DNA from: Eledone cirrhosa
Lineage: Eukaryota
Assembly (NCBI GenBank): GCA_964016885.1
Contig: OZ024742.1
Span: 7,750,001-7,814,000 of the forward strand
Length of the DNA stretch: 64,000 nucleotides
Direction: 5' to 3'
Positions 1 through 14,129 of this stretch are shown here, piece after piece. The stretch's first letter is position 1. Each line of letters starts with the position of its first letter. Position numbers and translations under genes: made by a program. The notes beneath the pieces were generated by a model. That model worked only from the letters and a program-made list of their open reading frames with translations, searched no databases and was not told where the DNA came from.

Positions 1-73
1 AAAGCATAACAATATCGGTTATAACACACCTTTTCAGATAAAGAATCTTGCTAAACAAATTCAGAAACGAAAT
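1..73 (+). mobile_element. 3' tail of a Penelope-like element (encodes ORF N-terminal peptide), ends in (TA)n
   Basis: Translates KHNNIGYNTPFQIKNLAKQIQKRN, homologous to KYNNICFDTRFHIKNLAKLIHRRY at 28327-28398, and stops at about the equivalent point before (TA)n. Confidence 0.7.
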
Positions 74-482
74 ATATATATATATATATAATTTGGCGGT
101 CATTCTGATACGGAGAGAGACAACCGCTGACATGGGATTAAAACATCGGTAAGAACATTTTTTTTATATCGATGTTTGACGGGCATCCACTGATGATTTA
201 TAAGTGCCCACCTGCATATATTCCTACGGAATGTTGTGAAGGCTTCTACATAACCCGGACACATTCTCCCAACTTGTAGAAAACTTATAATGAAACAATT
301 GTTTGGAAAAGGAGATATATTTTAATTATGCCTCATATAAAATAATACTACCGGTTTTCCGCAAAATACATATAGTTAGCACCCCAATCGTAAAATTGGG
401 ATTATACTAAGGTATATCCTAATGTTTGTTGAGTGAGATGGAAGCCAGTCAGAGTATAGCTTAAGGCTTTCTCTGTTAATTT

Positions 483-536
<54 letters not shown>

Positions 537-537
<1 letters not shown>

Positions 538-672
538 CGAAGGAAGTGTTGCAAGGAACGAGGTGGACCATAATGCACCAGAGTACTCGATACTTTGGGT
601 AGTAGAGTGGATAATAGGAAAATGTTCAGGAAACGGCTTGAGCTCTGCCGTTGGGGTCATGAACATTTTCCC
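537..672. mobile_element. Short pLTR-like fold-back insertion, family B
   Basis: Similar to 7884-8060, 14598-14790, 29013-29120 and 52995-53176; flanked by (TA)n. Confidence 0.65.
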
Positions 673-797
673 ATATATATATATATATATGTATAGCGAG
701 AGAAATAAATATCACAGGAGAGAATGATGGGCAGAAGGTATACTGAATGAATAAAACAAAGGGCAAAAAAATAAAAAGGCAGAAATACTCCATATAA

Positions 798-985
798 TTG
801 TTTCTACTTTAGGCACAAGGCCAGCAAATAGCCAGTGCATTACTGGTACTTTATTTTATCGACCCCGTAAGGATGAAAGGCAAAGTCAACCTCGGCGGGA
901 TTTGAACTCAGATCGTAAAGGGACGTAACTATGCTGGAAAGCATGGCGTCGGACCCTCTACTGATACTACCAATCCACCGCCCTT
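798..985 (-). mobile_element. tRNA-derived SINE
   Basis: Reverse complement of 37302-37490; B-box-like GAGTTCAAATCCC; shared body gttgactttgcctttcatcc...gtcgataaaataaagtaccagt. Confidence 0.8.
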
Positions 986-1807
986 TGTAATATTCCATAT
1001 AATGATATTATTTTACACTCAACACTACGGAAGTACGTCTACAGCTTAATTTATTACCGGAAGTAATGACACAGTTCAATCGAAACATGTTAACATCGGC
1101 TTTATAACTAATGGCTTTTTCTGAACGTAGCGATATGTTTGTCGTGACTAGGAGAAATATTATTTTAATGATCTACATTCTCTTTAAAACACACATTGCA
1201 ATATTACTGTCTGTACACATGTCTGTCTCTATAAACAGACATACACACACCCACATACTGCGTATACTATACTCACACATATACACATATACATGCTCAC
1301 ACACATATACATACATGCATAAAGGAAATTCTGTCATTGTATGTACGTTTGTGTAGGCATAATATCTCAGTCTCTCGGTTCAAACACATATACACACATT
1401 CACACACAGAACACACACCGAAAACACCATGACGCATATATACACATAGACATGTTCACACATACACATACATAAATGAATGAGATTCTTTCGGTGTATG
1501 TCTGTGCACGCTTGTTTCTCTGATTTTATGTTTCAATACACTTACACACTTACATACTTACACACTACACATACACCTCACACACCTCATAAATACACTT
1601 ACACACTTACACAATACACGGACACCTCACACACCTCACAAACACATATACACATATACATGCTCAAGTAAATATACATACATGCTTAGAGTCCTTCCTT
1701 GTAGGTATATCTCTGTATATTTACCTGTCCGTCAGTCTTTTTAATAGTAGTCGTCATGATATCTAATTTGAATATACGTGTCTGGACACCCACCTTCTAC
1801 ATATGTG

Positions 1808-1882
<75 letters not shown>

Positions 1883-2461
1883 TATATAATATGTATATAT
1901 ATATATGAGGGCTGCTTCTCAATTTAGAGTAATGTCATCGCTTGATACTTAAGCATGAGCATCACGGATAGGGTTTTCAGTCCTGCTAGGAACTTGCTTC
2001 TGGCCAGCAATACCATGCATCGTAAAAAATGTCACATATCAAGCGATACCTGTGCTTGAATCTCTTTTAAGCGAGGAAAGGCTTTGCACGGAGCCAATCC
2101 CACTCTCTGAACATCGGATGCATTTACTCCAAAAGTGGAACTGGTCTACATCATTTGGATGCAAACGAAGTCACAGGTTTTATATCAGAGTGACCTTCTC
2201 CTCTTAATGAAGACTAGGGTCTCTTACTCTACGAAAAAAAGACTTTATTGAATGGCCGTTGACTCTCTTGAGTTCCTGCGCCCTTTGACGTGTTTTGTTT
2301 TTCATCCCGCAGGGTGTCCAAAACCACCCCCCTCACCAAGCTTGGCGCGGTTGCCGGTTTAGTCACCGACCACCCCTCCATGCTCAGGTTTGTACTGGGT
2401 TACATATTACCAGCAGCACTGTAGAGTGACCTGACATTTTTCTATCAATCCATCTATCTAT

Positions 2462-2493
<32 letters not shown>

Positions 2494-2640
2494 GATGTTG
2501 AGTTTATGTTGGTTGTATACCAACACCTCAGTATGCAGCTGGAGCACTCGTCGAAGTGCGCAGGTTGGTTTGGTTACTCCGGAGTAGTGTAAAATAAAGT
2601 TAAATAAAAGTCAAAGGATTAAAATTTAGCTTCGTTTATT

Positions 2641-2695
2641 ACTGCTATATATATTTCAGTGACAGCCATCTTTGGCTGTGACCTCTTCAGGCAGT
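2641..2695 (-). ncRNA. Minimal type I hammerhead ribozyme
   Basis: Reverse complement of 2922-2976. Confidence 0.75.
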
Positions 2696-2921
2696 TTGAA
2701 TTAGTATGGTATAGACAAGTACATATGTTGTTGAGGTGTATAATATTCTCAATACTCTGATATGCCCAGTTCCTTGTTGGGTATTTCACTGAGGAACTGG
2801 AGTCATATGACTCCAGTTCCTCAGTGAATTAACAACCCAACAAGGAACTGGGCATATCAGAGTATTGAGAATATTATACACCTCAACAACATATGTACTT
2901 GTCTATACCATACTAATTCAA

Positions 2922-2976
2922 ACTGCCTGAAGAGGTCACAGCCAAAGATGGCTGTCACTGAAATATATATAGCAGT
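2922..2976 (+). ncRNA. Minimal type I hammerhead ribozyme
   Basis: actgc-CTGAAGA-stem II (acagcca/tggctgt)-GAAA-tatata-TA-gcagt; stem I actgc/gcagt; palindromic loop III. Confidence 0.75.
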
Positions 2977-3020
2977 AATAAACGAAGCTAAATTTTAATC
3001 CTTTGACTTTTATTTAACTT

Positions 3021-3080
<60 letters not shown>

Positions 3081-3081
<1 letters not shown>

Positions 3082-3129
3082 TATTTCGTTTCTGAATTTG
3101 TTATTGGCAACATGACCCTCCCAAAGTAT

Positions 3130-3136
<7 letters not shown>
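3081..3136. mobile_element. Micro-remnant of PLE tail (inverted piece + MTLPKYNNI start)
   Basis: atttcgtttctgaatttgtt is the reverse complement of 54-73; atgaccctcccaaagtataacaat matches 28315-28338 with one mismatch. Confidence 0.65.
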
Positions 3137-3214
<78 letters not shown>

Positions 3215-3336
3215 AGTGTGGCATGTATATATCTATATGTATATCTGTGTGTATGTGTGTGTGTCATGAATATATATATACATATGTATATATATATATG
3301 TGTGTCCTGTATATGTATATATATATGTGTGACCTG

Positions 3337-3385
<49 letters not shown>

Positions 3386-3444
3386 CCTGTATATGTATAT
3401 ATATATATGTATGTCCTGTATATGTATATATATATATGTGTGTC

Positions 3445-3534
<90 letters not shown>

Positions 3535-3793
3535 ATCCTATATACTATATATATATATATGGAAGTGGTGTAAATTTGAGAGTAACATCTCATATGATAT
3601 CTAGACTCTACTTTCTTTAAAGCTACAGACGCACACATACACACATACATATACACACACACATACACACACACACATACAACTCACACACACACACGCA
3701 AACACACACACATACAAACACACACACACGCACACACACTCATATATATATATATGCATAGACACACACACATATATATATATAAAGAGAGAG

Positions 3794-3827
<34 letters not shown>

Positions 3828-3916
3828 GAAGAGAGAGAAATAAAGAGAGAGAGGGAGAGGAAGAGAGAGAAATAAAGATATATAGAGAGAGAGCGAGAGA
3901 GAGAGAGAGAGAGAGT

Positions 3917-3948
<32 letters not shown>

Positions 3949-4175
3949 TCTTAAAAAGTCCTGCGGGTCTAAGACATATGAAGTAGGAGTATACAGGCTA
4001 GGGAGAGGGTTGTCTCGTAAGAACGGAATATAAAACGATGGAGGACACAGAAATAATGTCTTCTGTTATGTATTCGACAGCTTAATGTAAAAAATGTTAC
4101 TCATGTGACGTATATATGACAGATATACTGGAGTTTTCTTTATAGCTTGGAAGATCTATCTTAACATTATATACG

Positions 4176-4318
<143 letters not shown>

Positions 4319-4586
4319 ATATATATATATATAATAATAAAATGTGGAGAGGAAGCACACGAGTTAGGATATACATATATATATATATATGAAAACAGGG
4401 AGAAAGAGACGATTATTAGGAAGAACAATATTTCTTTTTGCTTTTTTGTTTCTCTCTCTCCCTTTTCTGTGTTAGAAAATGATTAAAACGAAATGTTTTA
4501 CTTTGTGTGAAGTGTTAAGGTATTAGTTGATTTATTTATTATTTAACAATGGCATTTATTTATCTATTTATATATTTAATTATTGT

Positions 4587-4625
4587 CTATTACCGGTTTC
4601 AGCATTTTTATGCATTATCAAATGA
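4587..4625 (-). ncRNA. Minimal hammerhead-like motif, U3-A8 core variant
   Basis: Minus strand cat-TTGATAA-tgcat aaaa atgct-GAAA-ccgg-TA-atag; palindromic loop III, weak stem I. Confidence 0.5.
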
Positions 4626-4689
4626 TAGTGAAATGTATTAGTGTGGTGTCGCACATGTTAGACAGAAGGTACAGAAAGAATAATGCTAT

Positions 4690-5491
4690 TTACAAACAAG
4701 GTTTATGAAGTGAAAAGAAAAAAGAAAAAGAAAAAATCGTGCATAATGTGGAACGTAAAATATCAACGTGGAAGAAAAAAATAATGTTATTTACAAGCAA
4801 AGTTATTGAAGTTAAGCGGATCAAAATGTGTTGATATAGCAAGGGTGCTTAGGTGATCCATGATTCCGTGATGGAGGCAAATGGATTCCACCATTTGCCT
4901 CCATCAATGGAGTCCACCACTTGCCTTCGTATGTCGAAGTATCTTGGGTCTGCTGCAGCAAAGCAGCGTAAATAGCTCGTGCCTTCACGCAGATTACAGC
5001 CTCCGTCACGGTATCTCCTGCGAACTGCATCTCCGTCAACCACACTATCAGCAACTTTTCCATATTTTCATGGATAGATGTCCGCTGTTTAGAAATGATT
5101 GTAACTCCCTTGGCTGGGGGTATAGCCTTTATCGGCCCCTTCTGCTTCAGTATGGTGCAGATCGTAAAAGTACTAAACACGTACTGCTTCGCCAAGTCGA
5201 CTACACGCATACCGTGGTCGTTGTTCGATAATTTCTTTCTTTAATTCAATGCACATCATCCGTTTCTTCTTCTCAGCACCGTCATTCGTGCTCATTTTCT
5301 TCGGACTTATGGGATGCTGGGCGGATGTTACGGCGTTCACTGTGGCGGTCGCTACGCCAACTGGCGGGGGGATATCTGAAGCTGGCTCGTAACCCGAATT
5401 TTAGCTCGCAACTCAAAGCAAGATATCGGCGAAGATACGGCTCGTATCTCGAAAAACTCGTTAGTTGAGACACTCGAAAGTCACGGTACCA

Positions 5492-5494
<3 letters not shown>
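4690..5494 (-). mobile_element. Tigger/pogo-like DNA transposon 5' fragment (CENP-B-type HTH region), decayed
   Basis: ORF 4821-5210 (DLAKQY..STFTICTILKQK..ISKQR..MEKLLIVWLTEMQFAGD..ICVKARAIY); upstream KKKRMMCIELKKEII; terminus TA|CAGTGGTACC at 5494; inner boundary approximate. Confidence 0.8.
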
Positions 5495-5572
<78 letters not shown>

Positions 5573-5714
5573 AGGAACGATCGACTTTCGTCAAATTGGA
5601 CGGAGGAAACTATGTTTCCATTGGTCTTTACAATTGCTAATACTATCTATCGGTCGCAACTGCAGGTAGAAGGAACAACATGAAATAAAGTATCTTGCTC
5701 AAGGTACGGGAAAG

Positions 5715-6073
5715 GGTTTACCGAACATTTATTATAATGTTCGCGATATGCAAATTAGGCTGCTCAGCCGTTAATATGCATGAGGAAAGTATATACTTTC
5801 AAACATTCAATCAACTGACGGGAAGGTATACGGTGCTGATGACAGCTAATAAGCTAGAAACTAGTACATCGTTCCTTTGTCAGTGTTGAACAAAAGGGTA
5901 ACGATGGTTGCCGATCACTGTACGGCTTAATTCGTGATGTTTGTTTACAAACAAACCGAACATTATAATAAATGTTCGGTAAACCTATGCGTACATATAT
6001 GTATGTGTGCATGTATGTATGTATATGCATACTACTGTACATCTGTATACATATATGTATGTACGTATACATA

Positions 6074-6077
<4 letters not shown>
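5715..6077 (+). mobile_element. Monomer of HHR-containing ~430-bp family R (retrozyme-like)
   Basis: Homologous to the tandem units at 16533-17740 and to 38663-39052. Confidence 0.75.
5832..5870 (+). ncRNA. Minimal type I hammerhead ribozyme
   Basis: ggtg-CTGATGA-c agct aata agct a-GAAA-ctag-TA-catc. Confidence 0.75.
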
Positions 6078-6149
<72 letters not shown>

Positions 6150-6151
<2 letters not shown>

Positions 6152-6538
6152 AAAGGTAAATAGAAATAACAACACAATCGGTACAGTATATGGAAGGTAT
6201 ATATTAGGTTAATGCTTTATATTACAGGAAGAGGGCCTTAACGTTTCGGACGCTAGTCCTTCATCAGAAGAAAGAATGAGAAATAAAATAGATTAAGGGG
6301 ACGGGCGGGATGGAATTGGAAAAAATGTCTTTAGACAAAAATAATAGGTCCATTCATGTTGACACCTCTTGCAAAACTGTTGGCGTTGGCGTTTTGTGTA
6401 TGATTTGTTTTTTAGAAAAGTGGATGATGGAGCGCGTCTACCTGAAATGAAAAAAACCGTTTTGTAAAAAGAGCTAAACTTCAGCACGTGCGTAAGCATG
6501 AGTGTGTGTGTGTGTGTGTATGTGTGTGTGTGTGTGTT

Positions 6539-6637
<99 letters not shown>

Positions 6638-6830
6638 ATAGGTCCGTACGAAACTAAGAAGAGATATGTTTGTATATATGTGAGTAAAAGTGTGTGTGCA
6701 TGTAAGTAAGAAGCTATGAGCAAAGAGAAAGCGATAGGTATCTAAGGGTGTGATAATGGACGGGGTATTAGAGAACTTGGGGAGGTGAGTTGAGTCCAAG
6801 AGGGGAATAGGACCCTAGACGGTGAACCAG
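6150..6830 (-). mobile_element. Probable PLE 3' end/pLTR with internal (CA)n
   Basis: Carries the HHR at 6236-6270 followed by aataaa, then ends in (TA)n. Confidence 0.5.
6236..6270 (-). ncRNA. Minimal type I hammerhead ribozyme
   Basis: ctt-CTGATGA-a ggac tagc gtcc-GAAA-cgt-TA-agg. Confidence 0.75.
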
Positions 6831-7072
6831 ACTTTGTTCAGTCCTGGTGCGCGAGACCTGTGATCAATGATGTAAAAGGACATCCATGACTGAAACATGT
6901 AGGGAAGAATGACCAGGAGAACAGAAATGGCGGGCGACAGGAGTATCCAAACCGAGTCGTATGTCTCTCAAATATTCGGCAAAACGGTCCGCCATACGGC
7001 GTCCCGTTTGTCCGATATATAAAGACCCGCAAAGGGAACACCGGAGAGCATAGACAACGTGGGTGGATGGTC

Positions 7073-7600
7073 AGGTCTGTTGGCAGCCCACGTTAAGTTT
7101 CAGGGAGTGTTATGCACATAAAAAATTCAACTTTTTGATCCTCTAGGTGAAAAACTGCGTTTTTTCGGCTTTTTGGGGGTATTTATAGGCGTTACGTCAG
7201 ACCGATTTCCTTGAAATTGTAACTATCTATTATTCACACCGTGAGCAAAGAAAATCCAACTTTTTTATTGCCTAGGGCCCGTATTAGGTGAAAAACTTCA
7301 TTTTTTCAGCTTTTTAGGGCTTTTTGTAGGCGTTACGTCTAGCCGATTTTACCGGAATTTCAAGGCCTATTATGCATATAGAAAAAAATCATTTTCTTCA
7401 TGCCCTACGGCCCGCATTACGTGAAAATCTGCATTTTTCCTGCTTCATCGAGGAAAATCTTAAAGATTATCCAGCCATCAGAGTTTCGGTTTATTTTCTT
7501 TACATATTGTCGAGGCATGCATTTTTTCGACGATTAGGTCTGTTGGCAGCCCGCGTTCCAAAATACCTTATCCCGTGCAACGCCGGGTCCCACTGCTAGT
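7073..7600 (+). mobile_element. Non-autonomous Helitron-like element 3' part
   Basis: Ends in hairpin cccgtgcaacgccggg followed by ctgCTAGt; internal ~120-bp subrepeats; aggtctgttggcagccc duplicated at 7073 and 7537. Confidence 0.5.
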
Positions 7601-7883
7601 ATATATATATATAACTGTAGGAATTCTGATATTTCTCTGCTTGTTATTCGCCAATTTGTTGTATATGTTTGACCCTTCCTATGAACGAATCAATTAGATG
7701 TAATCTGGAGTACGTTTCTCACCCACGTGACTTAGCATACGTAGAGCCGTCTATAAAAAAGCTTCATCAGATGAGTCAAATATTAACAGTTTCCATTGAT
7801 ATATAAATCTTGTCAAAATTTTGCAAAAGATAGTTCTCATATTCTGTCGACTCTTAGAATATATATATATATATATATATATA

Positions 7884-8154
<271 letters not shown>

Positions 8155-8740
8155 TATATCGTTTTTTATATACATTGTAACGCAAACGACTGTTTGGAAT
8201 GAAAACATTTATTTTATACTAAGATAAATCTTTCAAGTTATAAAAAACAGTAAATAAATCTGTCATATATACATCACGTCACTAATATTGTTTACAACAT
8301 TTAACTTTCTATTACATGACAGTTAACAAACACTCTCCCTTCTAAGATTGTTAAGGCCATGTCAATCATTTATAAGTCTAGAGAAAGCCTCTTCTATCTA
8401 TACGTTTCATCTGAGGTAGTGAGGTACATTCACCACGAAAGATTAATCGATGTAAATTTGTTTCTTCTTTAAGTTCCACGCTTCACTTTCATGAATTACT
8501 TTTCTTGGTGTAGTCTACACTTTATATATGTTTTTAGGAAGTTTTCAGATGCAAGCAACCTCGTCTACAAATATCCGTTTTGAATCATGCAGAAGAAACC
8601 ATCTGTTGCTATCAATATTTATTTCTGAATTATCTCAAACGATGAAGTTTACTCTTGATAGTTTTAATTTTGGACCATGCGTTAAGTAACTAATCAATTC
8701 AGACTCCTCCACTATGACACAGCTTGCACTACACATTTTT

Positions 8741-8915
8741 AGTAAGGTACATACTACTCTACAGATCTTCAGGAAGGTACGTACAACTCTACAGATGTTC
8801 AGTAAGATAATACAACGCTACAGTTATTCAGTAAGGTGCATACAACTCTACAGATCTTTAGTAAGGTACATACAACTCTACAGTTCTTCAGTAAGGTGAC
8901 TAATAGTCTACAGAT
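8741..8915. repeat. 30-bp minisatellite, ~5-6 copies
   Basis: Repeated unit agtaaggtacatacaactctacagatcttc. Confidence 0.8.
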
Positions 8916-10339
8916 ATTAGTTTCTAAATCATCAACTGAGATAGTCTATTCTCCAGGTTTCTGTTTCTAAATCATCTAATCTTGTGCCTGATGATAATTG
9001 TGTGGGTTTGACAATTTTCTTCCAATATTTTGTGACCCTTTAATGGCCCATAATTTGGTACTTGAAGTGGACGTCTACAATACATATGTTATTGTGTTTC
9101 TTGCGAACTTTTTAAAAGATACATATTGCTTCCACAGGCAAAAGACTTCTTCAGATATTTTTGTTTTGGTCTGGTTTACAGTTTTCTAAGAAGTTTTACA
9201 AGACAAACTGTTTTCAAACCCAACTTAGAACTTCATCTCATACTGTCGGGTCTTCAATAATCACTTTTACGATTATTAATTCTTGAAAATTTTCCAACCC
9301 GATCCCGCTCTTATTCTCCCTCCTCCCGCTCATTATAGTTTGCTAATCTATCTCCGCCTAAATTTTATTTTAAGTGGTAGCATACCTGCGACAATTAATT
9401 TTCTTTAGTCATTAAAAAACATTATACATAACAAAAAAAGTACATTACTAGAAATCCCATTCGTTATAAAATAGGATGGCTTGGATTCTCAATATGTAAA
9501 CTAAACGATTAATTCTGGGTTTTTTTTAAATCAAGAGAGACAATCTAGAAAGATTAATGACCCCTCCCGTGCATGTTCCAACCCCCTCCCCATTACTCTA
9601 GGACCAGAGAGTATTTGAGATAAAGGTTTCTCATATATAAGATAGTAAAATTATTCTGCTTCTTATTTCTATTGGCAATAAACCACCACATCTAACTTCA
9701 GAACCGTTATCACGTTTAATTAATTACATTACTAAATTAAATATTGTTTCACAATTTTGTAGGAGAAGAAATGGTTTCATGAAAATATTCCATTTCCTGT
9801 GAAATCATTTTTATATTTACTGGAATCTCTGTGTGGCACATACTACATTCTTTGTCTCCAAATTATCTTCTAGTTTAATAAGGTTCCCAGCTCAAGCATA
9901 AATTCAGATTAATTCTATCAATATTCTGATACTTGCTGAATGTTTTTCGGTTTAGATGAGATATTAATCTTATTCCCATACATTCACACTTTTAGGCTTT
10001 AATTTCCACTTGCGTTAAGTTCATGAAATGTGATTTAAGCTTGCCGTAAGTTAATTCTTAATGCACGCACTGCTTTGCTGTGTTCGTAGGTATACACAAC
10101 CACGCGATTAACACACCACAGTTAGAAAGTTATTAAGTGAATGAGAAGCTTATATAAGATTTATGATTACAAAGTGAGGGGTGTTTCCTAGATTATATTA
10201 CACTTTTATCGATGCGGTAAAACGATATGTTAAGATCGCTTACTGTAAATATCAAAGTAGCAAAAGATGAGTTATTGTGTCTAGTAAGTAAAGCTAGTTT
10301 CACATGTTTGTAGGATTCCCTTGATAATGTAATATGGTC

Positions 10340-10670
10340 GCTTAGTTGCTGTCTCTACACGGCCGAATCTCAAATAACAACGTCCGAGAACAATGCCAGA
10401 AGCAGCCCACCATTGAAGACCAAACCCAGCAATGCAGGCTACAGTGGTTTGGTCACGTCTGCAGGTCATGCACCGGAAGACTATCTCACCATCTTTCGTC
10501 ACTAGAATTCAGCGCAGTGCACCGAAGAAGACATGGGGGAACAAATTGAGGAGGACCTGATATCGAAGCGAGTCGATCTCGACCATGCTAAGATCAGTGC
10601 CATGGATAACAAAGCGTGGAAGAACATCATCATCGAGCGGTACACACAGTAGGGTATAGGTTGAGAGGAC
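10340..10670 (+). mobile_element. Decayed LINE (RTE-like) 3' fragment
   Basis: Translates to CRLQWFGHVCR, the typical C-terminal RTE ORF motif. Confidence 0.55.
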
Positions 10671-11669
10671 AACCTCCTCCAATCACTAGATAGTGATGGA
10701 AGAGATGAGAATGTGGAGGATACCAGTTAAAAAACACGCTATAACATACAACTTTTCTTCAACACATAAAATACAATTGATCATTCACTGTATCTAATAG
10801 GTGTGTGATAACATTAATCACACAGTATTTCTGACAATGTTGAAATGTAAGGAATACAAATGATATATATATATATTATATATATATTAGCACACGGTGA
10901 CACATCAGTTCTTCTCTGGCATTTGTGATACAAATTACAATTTCAGTAATTATCAATACCGATAGAAGTGATGGAATACTAATTACCACTGTCTTAGTAT
11001 GTGAGCTACTTCTTATAACAGGGTTGGATTCCTTAGCCAGCCTTTTCATATGCTTCAGAGCATCAATATAATCAAGCTATTTTCTCTATCTGGGATATAC
11101 CACCTGTGCATATCAATTTACTAAACATATATCAATAGGACTTTAGAAATAGCATATTCAAATAGACTCCAGTGCCATAGAACAAAGAAGTTCTATTGTG
11201 GAATATTTAATACATTAGATAAGACATTTTATCTCACCTGCACGACAATCACATCTGTGTGAAATGTTCTTACCGTAGATACACTAACAACAATTAAATG
11301 TCAAATTCACCAATAATAATGTTTCCGTTATATAAATCAAATATTTTTGTTAATACAAGGAGTATATTTTTGTTTCTGAACTCAATATATTTTAAAATGG
11401 TTTTATTATAATTTAATTAAAGAAGAAATAATTGTGTAGGAGACCCTTAGTTTATACTCTCTATGATTGGTTGGACGGAGAGAGGAAGTTATCTTTAGGA
11501 GGCAAACATCATCAGTGTCCACTTATCCCTATGAGGTTCGTGAGCGCAGAGTACTGAAACACTCCTTCGAACGGGACCCGTGAGAAGCAACCTTCTTAAG
11601 TGAGACGTATTCAAAATCTTTTAAAATCTGAGGGGTGTTGAAAAATTTCAGGCTTTAAGGGTATTGCGA

Positions 11670-12000
11670 AAGAGTAGAGCTGTTACCTTTACAGGGGAGG
11701 TAGAACTGCGAAAGAGTAGAACTGTTACCTTTACAGGGGAGGTACACTTTGAAAGGGTAGTGCTGTTACCTTTACAAGGGACGTACACCGTGAAAGGGTA
11801 GTGCTGTTACCTTTACAGGGGAGGTAGGACTGTGAAAGGGAGTACTGTTACCTTTACAGGGGAGGTAGGACTGTGAAAGGGTAGATTTGTTACCTTTACA
11901 GGAGAGGTAGGACTGTGAAAGGGTAGAACTGTTACCTTTACAAGAGAGGAAGGTCTGCGCACGGGTAGAGCTGTTACCTTTACAGAGGAGGTAGGTCCAC
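11670..12000. repeat. ~42-bp minisatellite, ~8 copies
   Basis: Repeated unit gggtagagctgttacctttacaggggaggtaggactgtgaaa. Confidence 0.85.
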
Positions 12001-12457
12001 TGCAATAATTGTGTGAATCTGAGAGGGGAATATGTTGAATAAAATCATAATTAAATGATCCTCCTGTATTTTCTTTTCATTTACCCAAAGCCAGGAACTT
12101 TTCCACACCTCTTCAATATATGTATCTATATACTACTAAAATTATCTGATTGTCTGCTTGTCTGTAATTTAATACAGTCAAACCTGCGCATAATGGGAAA
12201 ATACTTTGAAAGGAAGTTGCCCCTGAAATGGGAATACAAATGAAATAAAACAATTTTCGCGTGAATCGGAGCACGGGTTCCCGAGATACGTGGTTTTCCA
12301 GGTACATTCATAAATAGGGAGTGAGAAAGATAGAGAGAAAGTGATAGTGGGTGTGAGTGAGAAGCGAATAATTCCTGCTAAATAGAAAGGGTTTCTAAGT
12401 GTGTGTGTATATATATATATATATACACACACAGATACACACACATACACCCCCCAC

Positions 12458-12531
<74 letters not shown>

Positions 12532-12836
12532 CCTTCCAATTTCATTTTACATTATATGCATGTCTCTGTATATTTTAATTATATAAAAAATATTTTTAAG
12601 GTAACGTGACCCAACGGGACAGGGGTAGTCTAGTATACTACTACTAATAATAAAACGAAGTCTTAGATCTTCATTACAATCCCTAAACTATATATATATC
12701 ACCAAAGATTAATATGGTTCAATGATTATTCAATGAATACAATTTTACAATAGATTAAAAGCACTCAACAGTAGAGTATTCCTGGAGTTTTTAATATTAT
12801 TCACAATATTAACAAATGAAGATATTCACATAATCA

Positions 12837-13090
12837 AAATATATGTTTTATTATATATATTTCGAAGGTACTGTGTTGTTTTTTTCAGTACGACCTCGTC
12901 AGATAAAATACATGATGTGATATATGACATACCTCTACGGTATTGATAGTTCAATTCCAGTATTGGCAGATACAGGAATTGAACTATCAATACCGTAGAG
13001 GTATGTCATATATCAAATCATGTATTTTATCTGACGAGGACGTACTGAAAAAACAACACAGTACCTTCGAAATATATATAATAAAGCATA
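12837..13090. mobile_element. Fold-back pLTR-like insertion with an HHR on both arms
   Basis: Arms 12841-12958 / 12975-13090 with a short loop. Confidence 0.75.
13026..13085 (+). ncRNA. Minimal type I hammerhead ribozyme (mirror copy 12846-12908, minus strand)
   Basis: tttat-CTGACGA-gga cgtactg..cagtac cttc-GAAA-tatata-TA-ataaa. Confidence 0.7.
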
Positions 13091-13108
13091 TATATATATA
13101 TGTGAATA

Positions 13109-13189
<81 letters not shown>

Positions 13190-13190
<1 letters not shown>

Positions 13191-14069
13191 CCTCGCCCCT
13201 TTACCATTCCACTCTACTGCTGCTATGCCCTCTGACCACCTCCCAGCACACACAGACACACAACACTCCTACCGCCTTGACCACTTCCTGTTGCGCGCGC
13301 ACACCACATCTCTCCTTTTCCGACCATCTCTTCATGGATTACTCGTATGTGGAGCTTGACCGCGGAATCAACTACCATCCTAGGAGTTTACCAACCTTTC
13401 AACCACATCTTCTTACGGAATCACCTTTATAACTCACCCACAGACACACCCAAAAACATGTCTTTCCCACACGCCACCTATACCCACAACACGCTTAAAC
13501 CCCACACACACGTGCTTTCCACCACATATTTACACCTTCAGCCTCCAGATTCCTCTCCCCCCACCCCTCTATCCACACACGCACACACACTCCGACCTAC
13601 ACCCAACCCCACACACACCTCTTCCTGAACATGCAACCCCGTTCTTCCCCCAAACCTTGCTTTCACATACACACACACACACACACACACACGTACACCT
13701 ACACACACACCACCACCTTCAGCCCTCCCCGCTAGGACACACCGTCTCCCTCTCCCCACTCCACCTGCCACCACCCCTACACACCCCACACCCTTCCACC
13801 ACCTGGTTTACCCCATTTTAATTTTATTTTATTTTGATCATGCTTTTATTTTTAATTTCATTCGCACCGTTTCCTCCCACCCCCTTTTCGCTATATGTCT
13901 CTCCATCACTCCCCTACACACCCTTTGAACTCTGTTCCCACACACTTCTCACCCGAGGAAGGGCTTATGCCCGAAACGTCGTTCCCCACCACCACCCCAC
14001 TCTCCAGAGCGTGAAATTAATAAACATTCGTTGTACTGCCTCTCTGTTTTGTTCCTGTTCAAATTTTCC

Positions 14070-14070
<1 letters not shown>
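13190..14070 (+). mobile_element. Decayed PLE 3' end with HHR-like motif at 13951-13982
   Basis: ac-CCGAGGA-a gggc ttat gccc-GAAAC-GTC; downstream aataaa; flanked by (TA)n. Confidence 0.5.

Positions 14071-14125
<55 letters not shown>

Positions 14126-14129
<4 letters not shown>

Larger units (their letters stand above)
2495..3026. mobile_element. Fold-back (palindromic) pLTR-like insertion, family C, with an HHR on each arm
   Basis: Arms ~2590-2807 / 2808-3026 centred on gagtcatatgactc; (TA)n on both sides; second copy at 60001-60535. Confidence 0.8.

Noticed and set aside
7705-7780. Minus-strand CTGATGA...GAAAC
   Set aside because: Stems could not be paired convincingly
8300-11400. Host exons in unique-looking AT-rich sequence
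   Set aside because: No sustained open frame or recognisable protein motif found by eye; short exons cannot be excluded
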